NCBI GenBank assembly: GCA_963813335.1
Contig: CAWEYL010000001.1
Span: forward strand, 736,001-800,000
From: an uncultured Chloroflexia bacterium
GTDB taxonomy: Bacteria; Chloroflexota; Limnocylindria; Limnocylindrales; CSP1-4
Direction: 5' to 3'
Length of the DNA stretch: 64,000 bases
The notes under the pieces are model-generated. The model was given only the letters and a program-made list of their open reading frames with translations. It was not told where the DNA came from and searched no databases. Shown one piece after another: positions 9,461 through 19,930 of the stretch (position 1 is its first letter; each line of letters opens with the position of its first letter). A program made the position numbers and the translations under genes.

Positions 9461-9829
9461 TTGGCCGGACCCGCGACCGTCGACGACTACCTGGCCGCAC
9501 TCCCGCCCGAGCGGCGGGTCGGCGTCGAGGAGCTGCGCCGCGCGGTCAGGACCGCCGCTCCCGAGGCCACCGAGACCATCGCCTACCAGATGCCCGCGCT
9601 GCGCGGCCGCGGCGGGCAGTTCCTGGTGTCGTACGCCGCGTTCAAGCGGCACTACAGCCTCTTCCCGGCCAGCGGCGCGGTCATCGAGGCGCTGGGCGAC
9701 GAGCTGACGCCCTACCTGGCGGGGAAGGGGACCATCCGGTTCCCGGCCTCGGAGCCGATCCCGACGGACCTCGTGACGCGGATCGTCAAGGTGCGGCTGA
9801 CCGAGAACGCCGAGCACGCACCGCGGTGA
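9461..9829 (+). CDS. DUF1801 (YdhG-like) domain protein
   Basis: TVDDYLAAL...PEATETIAYQMP...YAAFKRHYSLFP...KGTIRF; AAGGAG RBS before TTG. Confidence 0.85.
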   Translation: MAGPATVDDYLAALPPERRVGVEELRRAVRTAAPEATETIAYQMPALRGRGGQFLVSYAAFKRHYSLFPASGAVIEALGDELTPYLAGKGTIRFPASEPIPTDLVTRIVKVRLTENAEHAPR

Positions 9830-10218
9830 GCTCCGTCCTCCTCGTGATGTACCTCTTCGTCTGGGTGTGGACGATGGGGTTCCTGATCACGGCGATGTAT
9901 CTCGGCGCCGGGATGGCATCGATCCGCCGGCAGCTCCCGATGCTCGCCCTGGTCGCGGTCGGGACGCTGGTCACGATCGCTGCGGTCGCGATCCTGCCCG
10001 GGATCGTCGGCGAAGGCGGCATCTTCCTGCTGCTCATCGCAGCGAACGTGATGTTCTTCGTCTGGAGCCGGTCCCGCCGGAGCAGGCCGGTCCCCGCGGA
10101 TCCGGAACGCCTGGCGCGGGCGAGGCCGGCCCTGCGCGGACTCGCGATCGTCTACGTCATCGGCCTCGCGGCGGCCATGGTGATCGTGATCGTCGAGACG
10201 TCCAGGCCGGTCGGCTAG
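9826..10218 (+). CDS. Hypothetical membrane protein
   Basis: About four hydrophobic segments; GTGA overlap with the upstream gene. Confidence 0.7.
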   Translation: MSSVLLVMYLFVWVWTMGFLITAMYLGAGMASIRRQLPMLALVAVGTLVTIAAVAILPGIVGEGGIFLLLIAANVMFFVWSRSRRSRPVPADPERLARARPALRGLAIVYVIGLAAAMVIVIVETSRPVG

Positions 10219-10829
10219 CCCACCCGCAGGCCGAGCGCCTCGGCGATCGCCACCGCCTGCTCGATATCGATCTTCGCGCCGACGATGTCCACGTTGAGCG
10301 GGTCGAGCGAGGAGAGGTCGCTGCCGCGCAGGTCCGAGCCGTGGAACGACGCCCGATGCAGCCGGGCGCCCGACAGGTCCACGTCGCGGACGGTCGCGCC
10401 ATCGAACCGCGCTCCGGACAGGTCCGCCTCGCGCATCCGGACCGTGCGGAAGGTCGCCTCGGCCAGGTCGGCCCCCGGCAGGCCGACGAGGGACCAGTCA
10501 CCGCCCTCGACAGCCATCAGCTTGTGGTCGCAGCGGTCGAACTGGCTGCCGACGAGCTTGCAGGTCGTGAACGCGACATCGAAGAACGAGCAGTGGACGA
10601 ACGTGCAGTTGGTGAAGGCCGTGTCGATCAGCTTCGACGCGTTGAAGCGGACCTCGCGGAACGTGCAGTCGGCGAAGAGGGCGCCGCGCACGACCACGTC
10701 CGACAGGTCGACCCCGTCGAACAGGACGGCGTCGTGGTGCGAGCCCGACAGCGGCGCCTCGCCCCATGCCGCCGCATCGAACGTCGAGGTCGTCGGCGGG
10801 CGCGGGTCGCCAGTCGAGTGATCGGCCAT
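10215..10829 (-). CDS. Pentapeptide repeat protein
   Basis: Tandem A(D/N)LxX and xxFxx repeats (ADLSG, ARFDG, SDLRG). Confidence 0.88.
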   Translation of the reverse strand: MADHSTGDPRPPTTSTFDAAAWGEAPLSGSHHDAVLFDGVDLSDVVVRGALFADCTFREVRFNASKLIDTAFTNCTFVHCSFFDVAFTTCKLVGSQFDRCDHKLMAVEGGDWSLVGLPGADLAEATFRTVRMREADLSGARFDGATVRDVDLSGARLHRASFHGSDLRGSDLSSLDPLNVDIVGAKIDIEQAVAIAEALGLRVG

Positions 10830-10959
10830 CTGCCAATCAAACCATGCGGCGGTGCCAGTCGTAGGCACCGACGAGGGATTCGTGCCATCGTCTCCCTGAC
10901 GACCCGCGGCGTGCCCAGTCCGCCGGCCTATCACCGCGACCCCGCGAAGGAGCTCCCCC

Positions 10960-11388
10960 TTGACGGACACTGCCGCACCGACCTTCGAAGACCGCGTCAT
11001 CGCCGACATGCGCGCCCACGATGGGAACGTCACCAGCGGACCGCTGGCCGGACATCCGCTGCTGATCATGACGGCCGTCGGCGCGGTGTCCGGGCTCCCT
11101 CGTCGCTCGCTCCTCACATGGTCCCGCGACGGCGACGACTACATGGTGGCGGGCACGAATGGCGGGTCGCGGACGGATCCCGCGTGGGCCCGCAACATCG
11201 TCGCCAACCCCGACGTGACGATCGAGGTCGGCAACCGCGAGTTCGCGGCGGCCGCGGCCATCGTCGACGAGACCGATCGCCCCCGCCTCTGGGACGCGCA
11301 CGTGGCCGCCCTGCCGTGGTTCGCCGACTATCCCGCCAAGTCCGGCCGCGCTATCCCGATGGCGCGCATCTCGCTGAAGGCCCGCTGA
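10960..11388 (+). CDS. Deazaflavin (F420)-dependent nitroreductase-family oxidoreductase
   Basis: LLIMTAVGAVSG.PR, GGSRTDPAWARNIVANPDVTIEVG, RAIP. Confidence 0.85.
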   Translation: MTDTAAPTFEDRVIADMRAHDGNVTSGPLAGHPLLIMTAVGAVSGLPRRSLLTWSRDGDDYMVAGTNGGSRTDPAWARNIVANPDVTIEVGNREFAAAAAIVDETDRPRLWDAHVAALPWFADYPAKSGRAIPMARISLKAR

Positions 11389-11419
11389 CCGCCCGCCGCG
11401 GTCCTGTCACGCTGCGACG

Positions 11420-12127
11420 ATGCGAACGGAACGCGTCTTCGGGATCGTCGGTGGGACCGGTCCGGAATCGACCATCGACTACTACCGGTCGCTCGGCTCG
11501 ACCTGGCGGCGGCGCCGCCCCGACGGCACGCACCCGCGGGTGATCATCGACAGCGTCGATGGCGGCACGGTGATCCGCCTCCTCGGCGAGGGCGAGTACG
11601 CCACGGTCGGCCGCGCGTTCGGCGCTGCCGTCGCGGAGCTGGCGGCCGCCGGCTGCGGTGCGGCGCTGATCGCCTCGAACCTCGGTCACATGGCGTTCGA
11701 GCACCTCGATCCGCCCCCGGCCATCCCGCTGATCCACATCGTGGACGCGGCGCTCGCGGCCGCAGTCGCCGGCGGCTATCGGCGGGTCGGCATCATCGGT
11801 ACGCGGTTCGTGGTCGAGTCGCGGCTCTACCCGGACCGCTTCGACCCTGCCGGCATCCGGATCGTCCAGCCGACGGCCGCCGAGGAGGACGTCGTCCACG
11901 GCATCTACTACGGCGAGCTGCTCGATGGCGTGATCCGCGACGAGAGCCGTGAGCGGATCGTGGCCGTCATCGCGGCGATGCGCGACCGCGACCGCATCGA
12001 CGCCCTGCTCCTCGGCGGCACGGAGCTCGCGCTGATCCTGACCGAGCCGTCCTATGCCGGCGTCCCGGTCCTGAATACCGCCCAGATCCAGGTCGACGCG
12101 GCCGTCGACTGGCTGCTCGGGGAGTAG
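11420..12127 (+). CDS. Aspartate/glutamate racemase family protein
   Basis: GIVGGTGPESTIDYY, IPLIHIVD, GIIGTRF, GGTEL. Confidence 0.85.
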   Translation: MRTERVFGIVGGTGPESTIDYYRSLGSTWRRRRPDGTHPRVIIDSVDGGTVIRLLGEGEYATVGRAFGAAVAELAAAGCGAALIASNLGHMAFEHLDPPPAIPLIHIVDAALAAAVAGGYRRVGIIGTRFVVESRLYPDRFDPAGIRIVQPTAAEEDVVHGIYYGELLDGVIRDESRERIVAVIAAMRDRDRIDALLLGGTELALILTEPSYAGVPVLNTAQIQVDAAVDWLLGE

Positions 12128-12161
12128 CGCGGGACCGGCGCCGAACCCCTACTCTCGACGC

Positions 12162-13100
12162 ATGACTGACGAACCCCTCGACTCCCCCCTCTACCGGTTC
12201 ACCGACAGCGCGCTCGCCCGGCCGCTGCATCCGGCGCTCGCGGGCGCCCGGGCCGATGTCGTCGCCGCCGCGCGCGACCTGCTGGCCATCCCCGAAGCCG
12301 CCCTGACCCGCCCATGGGCCTGGATCGGCGGCAGCGAGGAGGAGGTCCGCTACGGCGCCTACCGCGCCGCCGAGGCGCTCGAGCTGGCCGAGATCGAGGC
12401 ACGCTCAGCCGCGTCCGCCGTCGATCCGGACGAACGGCGGGCGGCCAGGCTCATCGGTCCGACCACGGCGGCGCGCTGGGACCTCCACGGCCTGCTCCTG
12501 CCCCTCGACGACACGCTGCTCGACGCCGATCCCGGGGGAGGGGAGTGGTCGATCCGTCTCACCATGGGTCACATCATCGGCGGCCAGCGCGGGTACGGCG
12601 GCGGATCGGCCTGGTGGCTCGCCCAGGGGTTCGCGGCCGGCGACCCGGCGATGCCGGGTGGCGCTCCCGACTCGCTGTGGGCCGACCAGCCCGACGAAGC
12701 AACGACCGAGGCCGCGGGCACGGTCGACGAGCTCCTCGCTCGGCTCGACGGCATCACGGACCTCACCACGGAGCGGCTGGCCGGCATGACGGACGAGCAG
12801 GCCGCGCTGGGCGCCACCTGGGCCGGCTTCCGGGTCACGCTGGCCTTCCGGTTCGGGCGCTGGTCGTCGCACATCCGCGAGCACGCCATCCAGATCGAGA
12901 AGACCTTCGCGATGGTCGGGCACACGCCCGACGAGCGGGCGCGGCTGGTGCGCAACCTGCTCGCGGCCTACGGACGCGCCGAGTCCGTCGTCTTCGGCCG
13001 GGTCGGCGTCGATGCCGCCGTCGAGCGCATCGTCGCGGGCGCCGCCGAGGCCAGGGCGGCCGTCGCATCGGCGAGGGCCGCGGCGGGCGGCACCGGCTGA
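12162..13100 (+). CDS. DinB family protein
   Basis: GEWSIRLTMGH and HIREHAIQIEK motifs. Confidence 0.75.
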   Translation: MTDEPLDSPLYRFTDSALARPLHPALAGARADVVAAARDLLAIPEAALTRPWAWIGGSEEEVRYGAYRAAEALELAEIEARSAASAVDPDERRAARLIGPTTAARWDLHGLLLPLDDTLLDADPGGGEWSIRLTMGHIIGGQRGYGGGSAWWLAQGFAAGDPAMPGGAPDSLWADQPDEATTEAAGTVDELLARLDGITDLTTERLAGMTDEQAALGATWAGFRVTLAFRFGRWSSHIREHAIQIEKTFAMVGHTPDERARLVRNLLAAYGRAESVVFGRVGVDAAVERIVAGAAEARAAVASARAAAGGTG

Positions 13101-14080
13101 CGCCTGGACGCCGATGGCGCAAGGTCCTGCTGATCGACCCGGCGCTCGCCACGTTCCGCGAGCGGTTCGGCGCCCGCCTCCCGGACGGGGTCGAGGTCGT
13201 CGCGGTCTCGAGCTTCGATGCCGACGAGTTCGCCCGGCTCGCCCTGGACGCCGAGATCTTCGTGAACGCCCGCCGCCCGGTCGATGCGGCGCTCCTGGCC
13301 ATGGCGCCGGACGTCCGCTTCATCCAGCAGATCGGGGTGGGGACGGACCCGATCGACCTGGCGGCCGTCGAGTCGCGTGGCCTCCTCGTGGCGTATAACC
13401 CGGGCGTCAACAAGACCGGGGCCGCCGAGCACGTGGTGATGCTCATGCTGGCCTTGCTCAAGCGACTGCCGGACACGGAGCGTGCGACACGCGCCGGACG
13501 CTTCGAGCCGTCCGAGGTCATCGCGGCCGGGATCGACGACATGGCGGACGCGACCGTCGGGCTCATCGGGCTCGGGCAGATCGGGCAGTCCGTCGCCGAA
13601 CGCCTGGTCCCGTTCGGGCCGCGGATCGTCTACTCCGCGCGTCACGCGGTGCCGGAGGCCGAGGAAGGCCTCGGCGTCGAGCGGCTGGCCATCCCCGAGC
13701 TCCTGGCGGCATCGACGATCGTCAGCCTGCATTTGCCGCTGTCGTCCGAGACGCGCAACCTGATCGGCGCGCCCGAGCTCGCGCGGATGCCGCGCGGCAG
13801 CTACCTCGTCAACACCGGCCGCGGCGGCCTGGTCGACGAGGGTGCGCTCCGCGAGGCGATCGAGACCGGCCACCTGGCCGGCGCCGCGCTGGACGTCATC
13901 GAGCGCGAGAACGAGGGCGTGAACCCGTTCGCGGACCTGCCGAACGTGCTCGTGACGCCGCACATCGGCGGCGGCAGCCGGAACAGCATGTCGAACGTCG
14001 TCGAGCGCTGTACGGCGAACATCCGCCGCTACCTCGCCGGGGAGCCCGTCCTCGACGCCGTCGTCACTTCGGCGGGGTGA
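13097..14080 (+). CDS. D-2-hydroxyacid dehydrogenase family protein (start uncertain)
   Basis: GLIGLGQIG, SLHLPLS, VNTGRGGLVDE, VTPHIGG; start is either CTG at 13097 or a frameshifted ATG at 13114. Confidence 0.88.
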   Translation: MTPGRRWRKVLLIDPALATFRERFGARLPDGVEVVAVSSFDADEFARLALDAEIFVNARRPVDAALLAMAPDVRFIQQIGVGTDPIDLAAVESRGLLVAYNPGVNKTGAAEHVVMLMLALLKRLPDTERATRAGRFEPSEVIAAGIDDMADATVGLIGLGQIGQSVAERLVPFGPRIVYSARHAVPEAEEGLGVERLAIPELLAASTIVSLHLPLSSETRNLIGAPELARMPRGSYLVNTGRGGLVDEGALREAIETGHLAGAALDVIERENEGVNPFADLPNVLVTPHIGGGSRNSMSNVVERCTANIRRYLAGEPVLDAVVTSAG

Positions 14081-16034
14081 CGGCGACGCCCTTGACCGTG
14101 ACGTCGAAGACCGTCTTCGACACGCCGACCGGGACGGTCTTCTTGATCTTGAGCGTGCCGCCATCGCCGTCGATGGTCATCACCCCCAGCAGATCGATGA
14201 AGTCTCCTGTGAACCCGTTCGGGCCTGACTGGGCGACCTGCTCCAGGGGGATGCCATAACAGTCGCCAGAGGTCGTGAACTTGCTGCCAGGCGCGAGCGT
14301 GATGAGCCATTTCGGCGGGGTCGCCGGGTCTTCGGCCGCTCCGCGCGTGGCCCGCAGCATCACCGTCCCCTTCTCCTTGAATGCGGCTGGGCACGGGATG
14401 TCCCCGAGCAGCTGGATCGACGTCGTCGCCGGCGCCGAACCCAGGTATGACCCGTCGGGCTGCCTCGCGAGCCGGAGCTTGGTGACCTTGACCGTCGTCC
14501 GATAGGAGGCACCGAGCGCGCTCGTCGTCGAGCTGCCGTCGACGGTCACCTCGAGTTCCTTGCCCCCGACCGTGAACGTCGCCGTCGTCTCGCCGATCCC
14601 GCGGTTCGAGACCGACTTGAAGGTCACGATGCCGGCGTCCTGCGGACTCGGTCCGGCGCTGTACTTGAACGTCGCCGGTGACGGCACCTTCGTCCCCGAT
14701 GGCTCGATCGACTTGACGCCCGTCATCGTGGCCTGGACCGGCTTGTCGAGTTCCGTGTTCTCGAACTTGTGGCGGACCTTCGCGGTCACCGTCATGGTCG
14801 AGCCCGCCCCGACATCGCCGCCGTTCGGGTCGACCGCGACCTCGATGCACTTCCCCGACCGCCAGAACTTCTCGGCGGCTTTCCCCGTGACGTGGACGGC
14901 GAGCCCCACGACGTTCCGCGAGCCCTTGCTCGCGTCGGCGATCTCGGCCATCGTCGTTCCATGCCCCTCGAAGGTGCTCTCGCCCATCGTGAAGACCCCA
15001 TCCGGGCCAAGCGTCGCTCCGGGACTCTTGGTGGAGATCGCGACGTCCCTGAGGTCGGTCTGACCCGCTCCCGGAGCCTTGGTTCCGCCCTTGGACGTGT
15101 GGTCGGTGGTCATGCTGACGGAATCGTGGTCCAGCTCGGCCTGATCGTTCGCAAAGATCTGGACGTCCGCCTTGTCGTCGTCCTGCCACGAGTTCCCGAT
15201 GCGGCCGCCGTCGCCTGAGACGAAGTACAGCTCGCTCGCCGAGAACTCCATGCTGGCGTTGGAGACGCCGCCTGCGTCCGGGCAGGCCTGGACCTCGATA
15301 TGCGCGTGACCATTCCCGTCGATCCGGAAGATCAGGCGGCCGTCCGCGTCGCTCACCTCGCCCTTGGTCTTCGTGGCGACGTCGACGACGACGCGGCTCC
15401 CGGAGGGTGTGACCGAGACGGTGCTGTCGGTCGTGACCGTTCCCTTGCTGGGACCCAGCTGGACCGCGCTCTCATCGTGCGACGACTTGGAGTACGCGCT
15501 TCCGGCCCCCAACCGGCTGTCCACGAGCATGACCGAGGCGATCCACGGTCCGAGGTACGACATGCCCGGCGGTGGGATCGACGCCACACGCGGCTCGGAG
15601 CGCGGCAGGCGGACCGAGGCGAGGATCGCGGTCGGGCCGCGGGACACGACAACCGCCGTCGCGTCATCGACGATCGCCCAGAGCTGGTCCGATCCCGCCT
15701 GGTCCAGCGCCGTCGCGACGGTTGCCGCGTCCGGCCCCAGCGCGTCGGCCATCGCTGCCTTGGTCCGGCCGGCCGCGCGGACGGCGTTCTCCTGCGCGGC
15801 TGCCGGGATCCGGAAGTCGCCACTCGTGTCGAACGCGATCGGGTCGCCCGTGAGCGCACCGCTCGGCGGCGCCGGCGCACCATCGCCAGCCTGGCTGGCC
15901 GGGACAGGCGTCGCGGCCGATGTGCTCGCCGCCGGCGGCCCGCTCGTCACCGGCGTCGTGCCACCACAGGCCGTCGCGACCAGGACGATCGTCGGCAGCA
16001 GGATCCGCCATGACGATCGGCTGCTACCGGCCAC
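14064..16034 (-). CDS. Hypothetical secreted lipoprotein
   Basis: GGAGG RBS before GTG; ILLPTIVLVATAC lipobox; beta-rich T/S/G body with coding-like codon usage. Confidence 0.75.
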   Translation of the reverse strand: MAGSSRSSWRILLPTIVLVATACGGTTPVTSGPPAASTSAATPVPASQAGDGAPAPPSGALTGDPIAFDTSGDFRIPAAAQENAVRAAGRTKAAMADALGPDAATVATALDQAGSDQLWAIVDDATAVVVSRGPTAILASVRLPRSEPRVASIPPPGMSYLGPWIASVMLVDSRLGAGSAYSKSSHDESAVQLGPSKGTVTTDSTVSVTPSGSRVVVDVATKTKGEVSDADGRLIFRIDGNGHAHIEVQACPDAGGVSNASMEFSASELYFVSGDGGRIGNSWQDDDKADVQIFANDQAELDHDSVSMTTDHTSKGGTKAPGAGQTDLRDVAISTKSPGATLGPDGVFTMGESTFEGHGTTMAEIADASKGSRNVVGLAVHVTGKAAEKFWRSGKCIEVAVDPNGGDVGAGSTMTVTAKVRHKFENTELDKPVQATMTGVKSIEPSGTKVPSPATFKYSAGPSPQDAGIVTFKSVSNRGIGETTATFTVGGKELEVTVDGSSTTSALGASYRTTVKVTKLRLARQPDGSYLGSAPATTSIQLLGDIPCPAAFKEKGTVMLRATRGAAEDPATPPKWLITLAPGSKFTTSGDCYGIPLEQVAQSGPNGFTGDFIDLLGVMTIDGDGGTLKIKKTVPVGVSKTVFDVTVKGVAVTPPK

Positions 16035-16158
16035 GGTCGCCCTCCGGATCGGCGACCGCCCGGGTCGTCCGCGGATCGGGAGGGATCCCGACTCGGGCAT
16101 TGTGACCCTCGCCGACACGCGACGTTCCGTCATCCGCCGCGGCGTAGCATGTCCCGTC

Positions 16159-17652
16159 ATGGCGAGCCTTGCTCGGATCGAGCGGTTCGACGTCGCGGTC
16201 GTCGGCGGGGGCGCGGCCGGCTGCGTGATGGCGCGCCGTCTCGCGGAGCGAGGCGATCGATCGGTGGTCCTCCTCGAGGCAGGACCGGACCTGCGCCACG
16301 CCACGCCGGCCGAGTGGCGGGATGGCTGGATCCTGCCCGTCCCGCTCGACTGGGGCTTCGCGTCCGAGCCCGATGCCGCCGGGGCGACCGGCAAGCTCCG
16401 GCGCGGCCGGGTGCTGGGCGGCACCTCCTGGCTGACGCGCTTCGCCGCCCGCGGCGCGCCGGCCGATTTCGACGCCTGGGCGGCGCGAGGCAACCCGGGC
16501 TGGGGCTACGCGGACGTCCTGCCGGCGTTCCGTCGTGTCGAGGCCGACGCCGAGTTCGGTGGCGATCCCTGGCACGGCCACGAGGGGCCGATCCCCATCA
16601 CGCGCTACCCGGGACTGGCGCGGTCGGACGTCCATGCCGCGGCGGTCGACGCGCTCGTCGCGATGGGCTGCCCGGCCGTCGCCGATCACAATGCGCTGGA
16701 CGCGGTCGGCGTCGGACCGTTGCCGATGAGCACGCGCGACGGCGTGCGGGTCACCTCGGTCGACGCGTTTCTCCCGCTCGACCCGCAGCCGGCCGGCCTC
16801 GAGGTCCGCGGCGACTCGCCGGTCGCCAGCGTGTCGACTCGATGCCGGGCGTGCGACGGGCGTGCGACTCGTCGACGGCACGAGTTGCAGGCCGGGCTGG
16901 TGATCCTCGCCGCCGGGACCTACGGCAGCCCGCCGATCCTCATGCGCTCGGGCATCGGTCCAGCGGACCATCTGCGCGACATGGGCATCGAGGTCACGGT
17001 CGACCTGGCGGGCGTCGGCGCGAACCTGGCGGACCACCCGGGCGTCGATCTCGACACCGGCTGGCACGGCCCCGCCACGACCGGGCCGGTCCTCCATTCG
17101 ATCGCGACACTGCGAAGCAGCAGCGCCACGTCCGGCGGCGCCCCGGACCTGATGTTCTGGGTCAGCGACCCCGCCGGGACGGAGCCCGGCTTCTACGTCG
17201 ACCCCATCCTGCTCAAACCCCGCTCGCGCGGCACCGTCCGACTGCGCTCGGCGGAGCCGACGGCGACACCCCGGATCGCGCTGCCGAGCCTCGAGGACCC
17301 GGCCGACGTCGACCGACTCGTCGAGGGCTACCGGATCGGCGTGGAGCTCGCGAACCGGCCGGAGATCCGGCGTCTGGCGACTGGAGCCGCGCCGACGCTG
17401 CCGGCCACGCCCGGGGAGATCCGGGCCAGGGTGCGCGAGAACGCCTACTCCATCCCGCACGTCGTCGGCACGTGCCGGATGGGGCCGTCACCCGATGACG
17501 GCGACGTCGTGGATGCCCTGGGCAAGGTCCACGGCGTCGACGGGCTGCACGTCGTCGACGCGTCGATCATCCCGGACGCCCCATCCGGCTTCCCGCACCT
17601 GATCACGATCATGCTGGCCGAGCACCTCTCTGCGCGACTCGCCGCGGACTGA
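16159..17652 (+). CDS. GMC family oxidoreductase (local compensating frameshifts near 16830-16885)
   Basis: VVGGGAAG, LLEAG, RGRVLGGTS, LMRSGIGP, GVGANLADHP, HVVGTCRMG, VVDASIIP. Confidence 0.9.
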   Translation: MASLARIERFDVAVVGGGAAGCVMARRLAERGDRSVVLLEAGPDLRHATPAEWRDGWILPVPLDWGFASEPDAAGATGKLRRGRVLGGTSWLTRFAARGAPADFDAWAARGNPGWGYADVLPAFRRVEADAEFGGDPWHGHEGPIPITRYPGLARSDVHAAAVDALVAMGCPAVADHNALDAVGVGPLPMSTRDGVRVTSVDAFLPLDPQPAGLEVRGDSPVASVSTRCRACDGRATRRRHELQAGLVILAAGTYGSPPILMRSGIGPADHLRDMGIEVTVDLAGVGANLADHPGVDLDTGWHGPATTGPVLHSIATLRSSSATSGGAPDLMFWVSDPAGTEPGFYVDPILLKPRSRGTVRLRSAEPTATPRIALPSLEDPADVDRLVEGYRIGVELANRPEIRRLATGAAPTLPATPGEIRARVRENAYSIPHVVGTCRMGPSPDDGDVVDALGKVHGVDGLHVVDASIIPDAPSGFPHLITIMLAEHLSARLAAD

Positions 17653-17658
17653 CGGCCG

Positions 17659-19845
17659 CTACGGCTGCTCGGCCGCGAACGCCGCGACGTAGGAGCGGTT
17701 CAGGTAGAGCAGGGTCCCGCTCCCGTTGGTGGTCTTGACGTTCGCGTTCAGCGTGACCGCGAAGGCGCACTTCTTGTCGGCCCCGAGCAGACCGCCGAGC
17801 GTCGTGTTCGAGTCGACGTACGCCGGGGCGGGCGGCTTGCCCCGCTCCGCGAACTCGCCCATCGAGTACGGCGTGCCACCGCCGATGCCCTTGACGATCG
17901 ACATCGAGTAGCCCGCCAGGAACGACGGATCCGTGGAGCCGTGCACGTGGGGGTGATATGCCCGGTAGAGGATCGAGACGTGGTCGCCGGCTGCGCCGTC
18001 GAGGAACTGGCAGGTCGGCGTGCCACTCGACCCGGACAGCTGGATCCCCTCGATGACCGCGCTTGCCGGGCGGTTGTCCCACCACAGCGCGTGCGTCAGG
18101 GCTGAGAACGGCACGTTGTCGGGCGGACCGGCCTGGACCCGCCAACGCCCGAACGTGAACGCCTTCTGGGTGCCGGTGCCGGTCGAGCCGGTCGGCCGGA
18201 TCTGGTTCCCGCCGCCATCGAAGACCTCGATGCGCACGAGGTACTTGCCGTCGGGACGCTGGGTCGTGTCGAGGATGGCGTGGAACTGGTTGTCGTCCCA
18301 TTGCTCCATCGCGCTCAGCAGCCCGCCCGTCTCGTACGGGATCTCGAAGAGGCCGCTCGAGTTCGGACCGAGCGAGTGCTGTGCCCGGATCCAGCCCGTG
18401 CCGAACACCCACTTCCAGGATGTCCAGGCGGGGATGGCGACCGGCGTCCAACCGCCGACCGGATCGCCGTGGGCGTCGGCGGCGGCAACGTCCACACGGA
18501 AGTAGCGGGCGAGCGACTGCATGCCGGGGCTGAAGAAGTAGCGGAGCCCGAGCGAGCCGCCGAGCGGCAGGTTGACGCCGGGACCGTCCACGGCGGAGGG
18601 GCTGAGCAGCCCGTCGGTCGTGCCCAGGTCCAGCACGGAGTCCGGCGAATCCTGGTTCGGGGTGCCGAGGTTCCAAGTCTGGGTCGATCCGATCGAGTGC
18701 AGCAGGACCGTCGCGTCGCCGGCACCCGGGACCACCGGATCGCTGCCGCACGACACGCCCGCCAGGCTGTACGACGTCAGGGTGGGATGCGCCCCGGCCG
18801 CGAACCACTGTCCGGCGGCAGGGCCGTCGTAGATGGTCACGGTCACGCCGTTGATGACCTGCTTGACCTTGTAGGCGTACTCGTCGCTGCAGTTCGGGAG
18901 GTAGATCCGCGGGAAGTCGCGCCAGCACGCCGTGAACGTCCCGTTGTCGGCGATGAGCCCCTCGCCGACCTTCGTGCCCACCCCGCACGTGCACCACAGG
19001 TACGGTCGCAGCTTGATGTACTCGGACAGGCGGTCGCCCTTGAGGGTGCGCAGGGCGAAGGTGTCGCGTTCAAGGTTCAGCTTGCGGATGTCGAGCGCTC
19101 CGCCGCTGGCGACCTGCTCGAGCATGGCGAACGGCGCCGGATCCGGGCCTGGACCGGGTGGGAACGGCCCCGGATCGGGGTCGGGCGGGAAGGGCACGGG
19201 GAAGGGGGGATCGCCGGGTGGCGGCCAGTGCGGCGGCCACTCCACCGGTCCGTCGTACCAGTCGCCCGGGTCGATCACGATCGGGGGCTCGCAGCAGCAG
19301 GTCCGCCGGTACACCTCCACGATGCCCTGGCAGACGGTGGCGCAGCGGTAGGGATGGAAGACGGAGACCGGATCGACGAGGGAGACGTCGACGAGCTTCG
19401 CGGCCGAGGTCTTGGCCGACAGCGTCGAGAGGGCGCCGATCGTCGTCGAGGCCTTGACGTAGTCGATGAGGTGCCAGTAGGGGAAGCAGCGGCGGACGCT
19501 GCCGGAGACGCACTCGGTGAACCCGTACCACGGACCCCACGCCCCTTCGGGCAGGCGCAGGGCGTCGCCCTGGAAGAGCTCGCGCGCCTCCTCGATGCGG
19601 TATCCGAGGAACTGGTCGCCGCCGGCCGAGGGGTCGGCCGAGGCATCCCCGATCACGATCTGCGACGCCTTGTCGAGCGCGCTCGCGGCCAGCGTGAACT
19701 TCCCGTCCGCGGCCACCTTGGCGGACCCGACGACCTTGCCGTCGGCGGCCAGCGCGTGCACCGCGATCGCCGGTCGCTCCTCGCGCCCCTCCGCGCCCAC
19801 CAGCTCGATGCGGCCGCTCAGCCCGGCAGTCTTCCCCTCGGCCAT
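17659..19845 (-). CDS. Hypothetical Cys-rich 728-aa protein with Pro-rich linker, no signal peptide
   Basis: Long ORF with strong GC3 bias and GAGGGG RBS; RRTCCC and CTCG clusters; PPDPDPGPFPPGPGPDP segment. Confidence 0.85.
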   Translation of the reverse strand: MAEGKTAGLSGRIELVGAEGREERPAIAVHALAADGKVVGSAKVAADGKFTLAASALDKASQIVIGDASADPSAGGDQFLGYRIEEARELFQGDALRLPEGAWGPWYGFTECVSGSVRRCFPYWHLIDYVKASTTIGALSTLSAKTSAAKLVDVSLVDPVSVFHPYRCATVCQGIVEVYRRTCCCEPPIVIDPGDWYDGPVEWPPHWPPPGDPPFPVPFPPDPDPGPFPPGPGPDPAPFAMLEQVASGGALDIRKLNLERDTFALRTLKGDRLSEYIKLRPYLWCTCGVGTKVGEGLIADNGTFTACWRDFPRIYLPNCSDEYAYKVKQVINGVTVTIYDGPAAGQWFAAGAHPTLTSYSLAGVSCGSDPVVPGAGDATVLLHSIGSTQTWNLGTPNQDSPDSVLDLGTTDGLLSPSAVDGPGVNLPLGGSLGLRYFFSPGMQSLARYFRVDVAAADAHGDPVGGWTPVAIPAWTSWKWVFGTGWIRAQHSLGPNSSGLFEIPYETGGLLSAMEQWDDNQFHAILDTTQRPDGKYLVRIEVFDGGGNQIRPTGSTGTGTQKAFTFGRWRVQAGPPDNVPFSALTHALWWDNRPASAVIEGIQLSGSSGTPTCQFLDGAAGDHVSILYRAYHPHVHGSTDPSFLAGYSMSIVKGIGGGTPYSMGEFAERGKPPAPAYVDSNTTLGGLLGADKKCAFAVTLNANVKTTNGSGTLLYLNRSYVAAFAAEQP

Positions 19846-19930
19846 GACGCCCCTCTTCCCGGCTCAGGTGACCTGCGCATGGGCAGGTCGATCGACGACG
19901 AAGTCCGGCCGGGAGCCTGACAGCCGGGCC

